A stretch of 64,000 nt of DNA from Candidatus Dormiibacterota bacterium (GTDB taxonomy: Bacteria; Chloroflexota; Dormibacteria; Dormibacterales; Dormibacteraceae): assembly GCA_036844615.1 (NCBI GenBank), contig DAIUFK010000001.1, positions 9,694 to 73,693 of the forward strand. Reading direction: 5' to 3'. Below, in pieces: positions 17,357-25,792 of this stretch. A program made the position numbers and the translations under genes. Within the stretch, counting starts at the first letter, position 1. The number at the start of each line of letters is the position of its first letter. The notes beneath the pieces were generated by a model, which had not been told where the DNA came from, did not search any database, and worked only from the letters and a program-made list of their open reading frames with translations.

Positions 17357-18190
17357 ATGCCCGCAAAGAACGGGAGCGAGCGCATCGAGGTCCGCAAGAC
17401 CTACAAGCAGTACGTAGGCGGCGAGTTCGTGCGCTCCGAGTCGGGCCGCGCCTACCGGCCCGACGGCTCAATCAATGTCCCGCGCGGCTCGCGCAAAGAC
17501 CTGCGGGACGCCGTGCGAGCCGCTCGCGGAGCTTTCATGGGATGGTCCTCTCGCACCGCGATGAATCGCGGTCAGATTCTGTACCGCGCGGCGGAGATGC
17601 TTGACGGCAGGCGTACGCAGTTCGTCGAGCTGCTCGGCGGCGGCAGGCAGGGTCGCAACGAGCTGGACGACGCAGTCGAGACACTCGTCTGGTACGCGGG
17701 CTGGACCGACAAGCTGGCGCAGGTCACCGGGACTGTCAACCCGGTTGCGGGGCCTTACTTCAACTTCACGATTCCCGAGCCGACAGGCGTCGTCGGGATC
17801 GTGGCGCCCGAGTCGCCCGCCCTGGCGGGGCTCGTGAGGCGGCTCGCGCCGGCATTGTGCGGAGGCAACGTTGTGGTCGCTCTCGCGCCCGAGTCAAGAC
17901 CGCTGCCTGCCCTCACTCTCGCCGAGGTGCTCGCGACGAGCGATTTTCCATCCGGCGTGATCAACGTGCTCAGCGGCCAGCGCAAGGAGCTGCTGCCGTG
18001 GCTCGCCGCACACATGGACGTGAACGCGATTGATGTCGGCGGCTGCACCGCCCACGAGGTCGCGGAGATTGAGAAGGCCGCCGCGGACAACGTGAAGCGC
18101 GTGGTGAAGATGCCGCCCGGCGAGCTCAGCCCGCACCTGATCACAGCCTTCATGGAGATGAAGACGATCTGGCACCCGATAGGGGTGTGA
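17357..18190 (+). CDS. truncated aldehyde-dehydrogenase-family protein (NAD-binding half only, catalytic residues absent)
   Basis: 277 aa starting 1 nt after the ALDH stop. It aligns by eye to the N-terminal and cofactor-domain half of ALDH (YVGGEFV..., GVVGIVAPESPAL, GVINVLSG). WNFP, ELGG and the Cys loop are replaced or missing. Confidence 0.7.
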   Translation: MPAKNGSERIEVRKTYKQYVGGEFVRSESGRAYRPDGSINVPRGSRKDLRDAVRAARGAFMGWSSRTAMNRGQILYRAAEMLDGRRTQFVELLGGGRQGRNELDDAVETLVWYAGWTDKLAQVTGTVNPVAGPYFNFTIPEPTGVVGIVAPESPALAGLVRRLAPALCGGNVVVALAPESRPLPALTLAEVLATSDFPSGVINVLSGQRKELLPWLAAHMDVNAIDVGGCTAHEVAEIEKAAADNVKRVVKMPPGELSPHLITAFMEMKTIWHPIGV

Positions 18191-18214
18191 GAGGAGCCAC
18201 TAAGCTGTAAGCGC

Positions 18215-18772
18215 ATGCCCGAGGTCGTGACCAAGACGAAGGCGATTTCAGGGCGCGGCACCGCCAAGGCGATGATCTCGTCGTCGCGTATCGCAAAGCG
18301 GGTACAGGAGCTCGGCAAGCAGATCTCGGACGTCTATGCCGACATCGATACGCCACTCGTCATGGTGGTCATCCTCAAAGGCGCGACTGTTTTCGCCGCG
18401 GACCTCCTCCGCAGCTTGAGCATTCCGGCAGAGCTCGAGTTCATGCGTGCAGCAAGCTACGGTTCGGGCACCTCCCATGGGCGCCTCCGTCTCGCCCACA
18501 TGGTCGAGGGACCGCTGGTCGGCCGCCACGTGCTGCTCGTCGAGGACATCGTCGACTCCGGCCGCACCGTGAACGCCATCGCCGACCGCCTCCGCAAGCT
18601 TGGACCTGCATCGGTTCGCCTTGCCGCGCTACTCGATCGCCCGGCCCGGCGCGAGGTCGAGGTGAAGATCGACTTCACAGGTTTCGTCATCCCCGACAAG
18701 TTCGTGATCGGCTACGGCCTCGACTACGCCGGCCTGTATCGCGAGCTCCCAGGCATCTACTCACTGACATAG
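18215..18772 (+). CDS. hpt: hypoxanthine phosphoribosyltransferase
   Basis: VLLVEDIVDSGRT (PRPP loop), VILKGA and FVIGYGLDY. Confidence 0.9.
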   Translation: MPEVVTKTKAISGRGTAKAMISSSRIAKRVQELGKQISDVYADIDTPLVMVVILKGATVFAADLLRSLSIPAELEFMRAASYGSGTSHGRLRLAHMVEGPLVGRHVLLVEDIVDSGRTVNAIADRLRKLGPASVRLAALLDRPARREVEVKIDFTGFVIPDKFVIGYGLDYAGLYRELPGIYSLT

Positions 18773-18778
18773 GGCCAC

Positions 18779-19702
18779 ATGTCCCAGTACAAGGACTGGC
18801 GTAAGGCAGAGCTGCACTGCCACCTTGATGGTGCGGTGCGCGCCTCAACTGCAGAGGAGCTTGCGACCCAGCAAGGCTTGGACCTACGTCGGCCTCTGCG
18901 CATGGTGGCCCCTGAGGACTGTCCTTCTCAGGCCGTTTACATCTCCTACTTCGACGATGCGATCGCCGTGCTTCAGACAGCAGCCGCGCTGGAACGTGCC
19001 GCGCTAGAGCTCTGCCTCGACTCTGCGGCTGAGAACATCGACTACCTCGAGGTGCGATGGGCCCCGCGGCTTCATTTGCGCGACGGACTCACGGTGGCAG
19101 AGGTGATCCAGGCAGTCCTGGGAGGTCTCGCGGCCGCGCCTCTGAATGCCGTCGCGATCGTCTGCGCGATGCGCCACCACACAGTCGAGGACAACATCGC
19201 CCTTGCCAGAGAGGCTGGGAGGTTTGCTGGGGCCGGCGTGGTGGGCTTCGACCTTGCAGGCGACGAGGTCCGCTACCCTGCCGCGCCCCAGCGTCCGGCG
19301 TTCGAGGCGGCGCGCGCTGCGGGTCTAAGGCTCACCTGTCACGCGGGCGAGGCGGGTGAGCCGTCAAACGTCGAGGAGGGGCTGGCGTTGGGGGTGGAGC
19401 GGATCGCGCATGGTGTGATTGGGGCTCGCGACCCCCGAATCGTTGAGCTCCTGCGCTCGGAGGGTGTGGTTCTCGACCTCTGTCCGACCGCCAATTGGAA
19501 GTGCAAGGCAGTTTCGAGCCTCACACGGCATCCTCTCCCGGCGCTGGTGCGCGCCGGCGTGCGCTGCACCATCAGCACCGACTCCCGAACGGTGGCCGAC
19601 ACCACGTTGAGCCACGAGTTCGAGCTGGCCTCCGAGATGGGCCTCAGCGACGAGGAGCTGAAGCGGTGCAACGAAGTCGCGTACGAAGCGAAGTTTGGCT
19701 AG
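18779..19702 (+). CDS. add: adenosine deaminase
   Basis: AELHCHLDG at the N-terminus, HAGE in the middle and a C-terminal ISTDS-type motif (TISTDSR). Confidence 0.9.
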   Translation: MSQYKDWRKAELHCHLDGAVRASTAEELATQQGLDLRRPLRMVAPEDCPSQAVYISYFDDAIAVLQTAAALERAALELCLDSAAENIDYLEVRWAPRLHLRDGLTVAEVIQAVLGGLAAAPLNAVAIVCAMRHHTVEDNIALAREAGRFAGAGVVGFDLAGDEVRYPAAPQRPAFEAARAAGLRLTCHAGEAGEPSNVEEGLALGVERIAHGVIGARDPRIVELLRSEGVVLDLCPTANWKCKAVSSLTRHPLPALVRAGVRCTISTDSRTVADTTLSHEFELASEMGLSDEELKRCNEVAYEAKFG

Positions 19703-19705
19703 GGT

Positions 19706-19743
19706 CCCTCTCCCCGCAGGGGGGGAGGGGTCGGGCAGGGGGG
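19706..19743. terminator. C-run/G-run hairpin and G-quadruplex-type motif between convergent add and upp
   Basis: CCCTCTCCCCGCAGGGGGGGAGGGGTCGGGCAGGGGGG. The C-rich arm can pair with the first G runs. There are four G runs of 7, 4, 3 and 6 with 1-2 nt loops. Confidence 0.4.
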
Positions 19744-19756
19744 CGTTAGCCGGGAC

Positions 19757-20377
19757 TTAGCCGGTCCCAAACAGCCGATCGCCGAAGTCACCAAGGCCAG
19801 GCACGATGAATGCTTTGTCGTTCAGGCCCTCGTCAAGGGCCGCGGTGTAGATCTTCACCTCGGGGTGGCGCTCCTCGAGCACCTTCACCCCTTCCGGCGC
19901 GGCAACTATGCAGATCATGCGAGGGTCGCGGCCGCCTGCCTCTTTGATCAAATCGAGGGCCTGGGACGCCGAGCCCCCTGTCGCCAGCATCGGGTCCAGC
20001 AGCAGCGGCACCTTGCCCACCAGGTTGGGCAGCTTCTGGTAGTAGATGCGAGCCACCGCAGTGTCTTCATCCCGCTCCAGACCGATATAGCCGACGCTGA
20101 CGCGAGGCAGCAGCTCCAGCGCGGGCCCAAGGATGCCGAGGCCCGCCCGAAGCACAGGGATCGCGACGACCTCCCGCTCGACCAGCGTCGCGAGCGCCTC
20201 CTTGAGCGGTGTCTGCACAGTGGTATGGCGGACGGGCAGGTCGGCAGTGGCCTCGTACAGGAGAAGCGTGATCACCTTACGTGCCAGCTCGCGGAACTCT
20301 TCGGGCTCCGTCAGACGGTCGCGAAGACCGGCGAGGCTGTCCGCCACCAGCGGGTGCCTACTTACCTTTAGCGGCAC
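19757..20377 (-). CDS. upp: uracil phosphoribosyltransferase
   Basis: LLDPMLATGGSA (PRPP loop) and the C-terminal IVPGLGDFGDRLFGT. Confidence 0.9.
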   Translation of the reverse strand: MPLKVSRHPLVADSLAGLRDRLTEPEEFRELARKVITLLLYEATADLPVRHTTVQTPLKEALATLVEREVVAIPVLRAGLGILGPALELLPRVSVGYIGLERDEDTAVARIYYQKLPNLVGKVPLLLDPMLATGGSASQALDLIKEAGGRDPRMICIVAAPEGVKVLEERHPEVKIYTAALDEGLNDKAFIVPGLGDFGDRLFGTG

Positions 20378-21131
20378 GGTCCTTCTCGATCAAGATCCTT
20401 ATTGCGTCGACAGCGACCTTGAGCATGCGGTCCATGAACGACTGGTCGAGGTGGTGGATCTCACCGGCGCCGAGCTCGTCGACGCACAGGTTGATGGTTC
20501 CAGCCCGCAGCTTCCGCAGGCGTGCGACCACGAACAGCGTCGACGTCTCCATGTCGCTGCTCAAGATCCCGGCTCGCGACCACATGGCGAGGTCCTCGTG
20601 CAGGTGCTGTGGTCGCGGCATCTTGTCAGGCATCAGGTCCGAGTAGAGCGCGTCCACCGAACGGATGACGCCAACGTGATGAGGAGCGCCGGCCTTTTGC
20701 GCCGCCTTCACCAAAGCATTGACGACGTCGAGCGACGCGACAGCCGGATATTCGAGCGGCACGTACCCGTTAGGTGTGCCCTCGCTCCGAACCGACCCGA
20801 TGGCGATGACCAGATCGCCCATCTTGATCTCCGGTTGGGCAGCTCCGCACGTGCCTACCCGCAGGAAGGTGTGGACTCCCAGCTCGTTCAGCTCCTCCAC
20901 GGCGATTGCCACGGAGGGCCCGCCCATTCCGGACGAGATGGTCGACACGGGCACCCCATCGAGGCTGCCCGTGAACGTGCGATATTCGCGGCTGAACGCG
21001 ACCTCACGGGCGTTGTCCAGGAATTTGGCGACCATCGGCGTTCGGCCAGGGTCGCCAGGGACGAGTACGTAATTCCCAACGTCGCCCTTGGCGAGCCCTA
21101 TGTGGTACTTCTTCGCGTCAGTCGCCGCCAC
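20358..21131 (-). CDS. PNP/UDP-family nucleoside phosphorylase (uridine phosphorylase-like)
   Basis: VLVPGDPGR, STISSGMGGPS, LRVGTCG and SSDMETS. Confidence 0.85.
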   Translation of the reverse strand: MAATDAKKYHIGLAKGDVGNYVLVPGDPGRTPMVAKFLDNAREVAFSREYRTFTGSLDGVPVSTISSGMGGPSVAIAVEELNELGVHTFLRVGTCGAAQPEIKMGDLVIAIGSVRSEGTPNGYVPLEYPAVASLDVVNALVKAAQKAGAPHHVGVIRSVDALYSDLMPDKMPRPQHLHEDLAMWSRAGILSSDMETSTLFVVARLRKLRAGTINLCVDELGAGEIHHLDQSFMDRMLKVAVDAIRILIEKDRAAKGK

Positions 21132-21143
21132 CGGATCGAAAGT

Positions 21144-22436
21144 CTATCCCGCCCCGGTGACGCCGTCCTTGTCGACCCGGGCGAGCACGTGCGGCGGCCG
21201 CGCGACCTCGCGATCGCTCAATCGCCATGCCTGGCGAAGGCGATCGGTGACCTTTGCGACAAGCTCATCGGAGCGGGCATGGACCACCACCAGGGGTTCG
21301 CCGGCGCGTACGCGGGCGCCGACCGGCGCCTGGATAACCAGGCCCGCGGCATGGTCGACCTTGTCCTCTTTGCGAGCGCGCCCAGCCCCTAGCTCGAGGG
21401 ACGCAAGGCCTACTGCGAGTGCGTCTATCGACTCGACGTACCCGTCGGCGAGCGCCAAGATCGCCCGCTGAACCAGCGCTACCGGAAGGCCGTTCCGGAG
21501 GCTCCCGCCCTGGGCGGCAAGCATCTTGACGAATGTCTCGCGGCCGGCTCCGGAGCGAAGGGCGCGCTCCGGATCGCCCGACACTCCCGCCAGCGCGCAC
21601 ATCTCGCGAGCGACCTGGAGCGAAACCTGCAAGAGCTCGTCGTCCGCCTGGCCGGCAAGCGCGTCCAGCGCCTCCCTGACCTCGAGCGCGTTGCCGACCG
21701 AGCGTCCGAGCGGGTTGTCCATCGCCGTCACCAGCGCGACGGTCCGCCTGCCTGCGCCCTCGCCCAGCAGCACCATCTCGGACGCGAGGCGCTCCGCGGA
21801 TGGGATGTCGGCCATGAAAGCACCACGGCCGAACTTGACGTCGAGCACTATGGCGTCGGCACCTGCCGCGATCTTCTTGGACATGATGCTTGAGGCGATG
21901 AGCGGCACCGAGGGCACGGTCGCGGTGACGTCCCTCAACGCATAGAGAGCCTTGTCGGCAGGCACCATGTGCGGCGATTGGGCGGCGATGGCGATCCCCA
22001 CCTCGCGGACCTGTTTGATGAATCGGTCCGGCTCGAGGTCGACAGTGAGGCCCGGCACCGACTCCAGCTTGTCCAGCGTCCCGCCGGTGTGAGCGAGAGC
22101 GCGCCCGCTGAGCTTGGGCACCTTCACGCCACAGGCGGCGGCCAGCGGCGCCGCAATCAGGGTGACCTTGTCCCCGACACCGCCTGTCGAGTGCTTGTCT
22201 ACCTTGATTCCTTCGATGCCGCTGAGATCCAGCACCTCACCGCTGCGGACCATCGCCTCCGTGAGCGCCAGCGTCTCGGCGCGCGTCATACCCCGGATGG
22301 TGACTGCCATCAGCCAGGCAGCCATCTGATAGTCGGCGACCTGCCCGCCGAGAAAGGCGGTAAGGAGGAATTCGATCTCGCTCGCCGTGTGCTCGCCACC
22401 GTCTCGCTTGCGACCGATCACCTCGAGGGCCTGCAC
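21144..22436 (-). CDS. deoA: thymidine / pyrimidine-nucleoside phosphorylase
   Basis: VDKHSTGGVGDK, QMAAWLMAV and 430 aa, typical of the family. Confidence 0.9.
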   Translation of the reverse strand: MQALEVIGRKRDGGEHTASEIEFLLTAFLGGQVADYQMAAWLMAVTIRGMTRAETLALTEAMVRSGEVLDLSGIEGIKVDKHSTGGVGDKVTLIAAPLAAACGVKVPKLSGRALAHTGGTLDKLESVPGLTVDLEPDRFIKQVREVGIAIAAQSPHMVPADKALYALRDVTATVPSVPLIASSIMSKKIAAGADAIVLDVKFGRGAFMADIPSAERLASEMVLLGEGAGRRTVALVTAMDNPLGRSVGNALEVREALDALAGQADDELLQVSLQVAREMCALAGVSGDPERALRSGAGRETFVKMLAAQGGSLRNGLPVALVQRAILALADGYVESIDALAVGLASLELGAGRARKEDKVDHAAGLVIQAPVGARVRAGEPLVVVHARSDELVAKVTDRLRQAWRLSDREVARPPHVLARVDKDGVTGAG

Positions 22437-22537
22437 GCGCCTAAATTACCCCTCGAAGCGGCCGTGGGCTACAATCGCGCGCACCGGGAGCGGTTATCGC
22501 TTCAGTGATCATTTATCGAGTGAAGGGGGCTGGAAGT

Positions 22538-23563
22538 ATGGGCATTTCGAGGCTTCGGTTCCTGGGTGTGGCGATCGCCACACTGCTGGTGCTCACAGCG
22601 TGTGGCAGCAGTCCCGGCACCACGAAGGTGATCAAAGTAGGCCTGGTGACGGACACCGGCGGGCTTAACGACAAGAGCTTCAACCACCTCGCCGACGTCG
22701 GGCTTGAGAAGGCGAAGACCGAATTTCACGTCCAGGGCGACGTGGTCGAGTCGCACAGCGGCGGCGACTACATCCCAAACCTGACCCACTTCGCCTCATT
22801 GAACTATGACCTCGTCATCGGCGTCGGATTCCTCATGGCGGAAGCCGTGGGTACCGTGTCCGGGACCTTCCCCAACATTCACTTCGCAATCATCGACGGC
22901 GCCGGAACCGACGCTAAGGGCAACGACCTGAAGCACCCCAACGTCCAGTCCCTCTTCTTCAAGGAGCAAGACGCTGGCGCGATGGTCGGCGTTATCGCCG
23001 GCATGCTTGAAAAGGATTCAAAGGCGCCGAAGAACAATCACGTGATCAGCGCGGTGGGAGGCATCAGCATTCCGCCGGTGAACCACTACATCGCCGGCTA
23101 TAAGTGGGCCGCCAAGATGGAGGATCCGTCGATCAAGGTCCTCGTGGGCTACTCGAACGACTTCAGCGACCCCGCGAAGTGCAAGGGTGTCGCCAACAGC
23201 CAGATCGCCCAGAAGTCGGACATCCTGTTCCAGGTCGCCGGCGGCTGCGGTCTCGGTGTTCTGCAGGCGGCAGGGCAGGCGAAGGTCTTCAGCATTGGCG
23301 TTGACGCGGACCAGAAGGACGCCGATGCGTCGGTTATCGCCAGCGCCCTCAAGAAGGTCGATGTGGCGACCTACACTGCAATCAAGAACGTGGTCAACGG
23401 TCAGTTCCAGGGTGGAGCGTTGACCTTCAGCCTCGCAAACGATGGAGCCGGCTACGCGTTGGACAACCTCACTCTGCCGGCCGATATCCAGACGGAGCTC
23501 GACAGCGTCAAGGCCAAGATCGCTTCGGGCGCGCTGACGCCGCCCGCCGACATCCCGGCGTAA
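22538..23563 (+). CDS. BMP-family (PnrA/Med-like) nucleoside ABC transporter substrate-binding lipoprotein
   Basis: MGISRLRFLGVAIATLLVLTACGSS lipobox, GLVTDTGGLNDKSFN and FQVAGGCGLGV. Confidence 0.9.
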   Translation: MGISRLRFLGVAIATLLVLTACGSSPGTTKVIKVGLVTDTGGLNDKSFNHLADVGLEKAKTEFHVQGDVVESHSGGDYIPNLTHFASLNYDLVIGVGFLMAEAVGTVSGTFPNIHFAIIDGAGTDAKGNDLKHPNVQSLFFKEQDAGAMVGVIAGMLEKDSKAPKNNHVISAVGGISIPPVNHYIAGYKWAAKMEDPSIKVLVGYSNDFSDPAKCKGVANSQIAQKSDILFQVAGGCGLGVLQAAGQAKVFSIGVDADQKDADASVIASALKKVDVATYTAIKNVVNGQFQGGALTFSLANDGAGYALDNLTLPADIQTELDSVKAKIASGALTPPADIPA

Positions 23564-23571
23564 TGAACTTG

Positions 23572-23596
23572 GAGGCGGGCGCGCTGCGCCCGCCTC
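23572..23596 (+). other. perfect 11-bp GC stem-loop between the binding-protein and permease genes (intra-operon attenuator/stabiliser candidate)
   Basis: GAGGCGGGCGC-gct-GCGCCCGCCTC lies 9 nt after the stop codon and has no U tail. Confidence 0.5.
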
Positions 23597-23627
23597 TACT
23601 CGGCTCTCTTATCCAATAGGAAGGCCA

Positions 23628-24845
23628 GTGGCAGCATCATCGGCCACCGTTCCGGAGCGTCCCCGCCCGAGGTTGCAAGCTGCAGCGCGTCGGGCCGCCG
23701 GCGGTTTTGCGGTTCCGCTGGGTTCTGTCGTCTTCGCCTTCGTCATTGGAGCGGTCATCGTCGCCGTCACGGGTGGCGATCCCCTGGCGGCCTACGAAGG
23801 CTTGGTATGCGGCGGGTTCGGCTTGGCCTGCAGCGGAGGAGAGAACAGCGCTCTCCAGATCTCCAACTCGATTGTGTTCCTGACCCCTTTGCTCCTGGCG
23901 GGCGTGGCAGTCGCGCTCCCGTTCAGGGCCGGTCTGTTCAACATCGGCGCCGAGGGTCAGTTCCTCGCCGGCGCCGTCGCCTGCACCACCATCGGCATCA
24001 GGTTCAGTGACTGGCCCGCTCCGGTTCTCATACCAATGGTCCTTGTTGGTGGCATGGTTGCCGGCGCTCTGTGGGCCGGCATCGCCGGCGTGCTCAAGGC
24101 CACCATCGGCGCCCACGAGGTAGTCACCACGATCATGCTCAACTACATCGCGCAGTGGCTCGTCCGCTTCCTCATCGTGGGCGGACCGCTGCAGCTGCCT
24201 GGCGGCTTTTCAGTCTCGTCCCCAATCGGTCCGGGTGCTCAGCTGCCTACCCTGCTGCCGCACGATGACAAGCTCTTCCTGTTCGGCCTGCCCTCGAGCG
24301 TGTACAGGGTCCATGCCGGTTTGCTAATCGCACTCGTGGCAGTCGGCATATTCGCCTTCCTCCTCTGGCGAACGTCTCTCGGCTACGAGATCCGCGCTGT
24401 CGGACAGAGCCAGCGTGCCGCTCGCTATGCCGGTGTGAGCGTGCGTCGAACCATCATCGTGACGATGCTTATCGCAGGCGCGTTCTCCGGCCTCGCGGGG
24501 GCTATCGAGATCGCAGGAGTCGACCACAACCTCACGGACAAGTATTTCAACGACACGACAGGCTTCGACGCTATCGCGGTGGCCCTGTTGGGCCTGGGCA
24601 GCGGGGTCGGCATTGTGTTGTCTTCGGTCTTGTTTGGCGCCCTCCACGCAGGCGGGTCGGTGATGCAAGCGGATGCAGGGATCTCCAGCAGCCTCGTGCA
24701 GATCCTGCAGGCACTGATCCTGTTCAGCATCGCCGCCAACTTCCTGAGGACGTTCAAGCTGCGCCTCCCGACGCTCGGCCGGGCAAGCCCGACCAATGCA
24801 GCACCCCAGCCGCCAACCGGCGCCGGTGAGGCGAGGGTCCAGTGA
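23628..24845 (+). CDS. nucleoside/sugar-type ABC transporter permease
   Basis: 405-aa polytopic protein downstream of the BMP gene, overlapping the next permease by 4 nt. Confidence 0.85.
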   Translation: MAASSATVPERPRPRLQAAARRAAGGFAVPLGSVVFAFVIGAVIVAVTGGDPLAAYEGLVCGGFGLACSGGENSALQISNSIVFLTPLLLAGVAVALPFRAGLFNIGAEGQFLAGAVACTTIGIRFSDWPAPVLIPMVLVGGMVAGALWAGIAGVLKATIGAHEVVTTIMLNYIAQWLVRFLIVGGPLQLPGGFSVSSPIGPGAQLPTLLPHDDKLFLFGLPSSVYRVHAGLLIALVAVGIFAFLLWRTSLGYEIRAVGQSQRAARYAGVSVRRTIIVTMLIAGAFSGLAGAIEIAGVDHNLTDKYFNDTTGFDAIAVALLGLGSGVGIVLSSVLFGALHAGGSVMQADAGISSSLVQILQALILFSIAANFLRTFKLRLPTLGRASPTNAAPQPPTGAGEARVQ

Positions 24846-25792
24846 CAGGCATCTCGGACATCCTCCACCTGCTGGTCACCGCAGACCTGTGGCACGCGAC
24901 GCTGGCTGCCGCAATCCTGTTCCTCCTCCCCGCCCTCGGGGGCGTCATCTCAGAGCGAAGCGGTGTTGTCAACATCGCCATGGAAGGCATGATGCTGTCA
25001 GGCGCCTTCTTCGCTGTCGTTGCCGACCTTGCCTGGCATAACCCATTGCTGGCCACGCTTGTCGCGATGCTTGCGGGAGGGATGATGGCCCTCATCCACG
25101 CAGTGGTCTCGATCAGGTTTCGCGCGGATCAGATCGTGAGCGGCATCGCCATCAATATCTTTGCCGCCGGCCTGACCCTCTTCCTGGTCAACAGGATCTA
25201 TGGACTGCAGGACGTCGGCCACGTGGGTCAGGCTGCGCTTTTGCCGAACATCACAATCCCGATCCTGGATCAGGTCCCATTTCTGGGCGCCGTCCTTTCG
25301 CAGCAGAACGTGGTCGTGTACGTGGCGCTGGTCTTGCTCGTCGTTATTCAGATAGTTTTATTCAGAACGCGTCTCGGCCTCCGAATTCGCGCTGTGGGAG
25401 AGCATCCGCAGGCGGCGGACACAGCGGGCATCAACGTCTACGCGATCCGCTATGGCGCGGTTATCACCAGCGGCCTGCTTTCCGGTCTCTCAGGCGCTTT
25501 CCTGGCGATCGGAGTTTCCAACACGTTCGTGCCCAACATGACGGACGGCAGGGGCTACATCGCGCTTGCGGCAATGATCTTCGGCAAGTGGAGGCCGCTT
25601 GGCGCCTTCGTTGCCTGCCTGATATTTGGACTCGGCCAGGCCATCTACGACAACAACTCGATAATCCACGTGTCCCCGTACTTTCTGAGCATGCTGCCCT
25701 ACATCCTCACCCTGATCGTCCTCGCGGGGGTGGTTGGTCGCAGCATCCCTCCGGCCGCCGACGGCATTCCTTACTCCCCGGGGACCGAATGA
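24842..25792 (+). CDS. nucleoside/sugar-type ABC transporter permease (second subunit)
   Basis: 316-aa polytopic protein with an ATGA overlap onto the ATPase gene. Confidence 0.85.
   Translation: MTGISDILHLLVTADLWHATLAAAILFLLPALGGVISERSGVVNIAMEGMMLSGAFFAVVADLAWHNPLLATLVAMLAGGMMALIHAVVSIRFRADQIVSGIAINIFAAGLTLFLVNRIYGLQDVGHVGQAALLPNITIPILDQVPFLGAVLSQQNVVVYVALVLLVVIQIVLFRTRLGLRIRAVGEHPQAADTAGINVYAIRYGAVITSGLLSGLSGAFLAIGVSNTFVPNMTDGRGYIALAAMIFGKWRPLGAFVACLIFGLGQAIYDNNSIIHVSPYFLSMLPYILTLIVLAGVVGRSIPPAADGIPYSPGTE

Noticed and set aside
22437-22537. Sigma-70-type promoter TTACCC-N18-TACAAT upstream of the BMP gene
   Set aside because: It is plausible by eye, but single hexamer matches cannot be validated from sequence alone. 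It is not listed as a feature.
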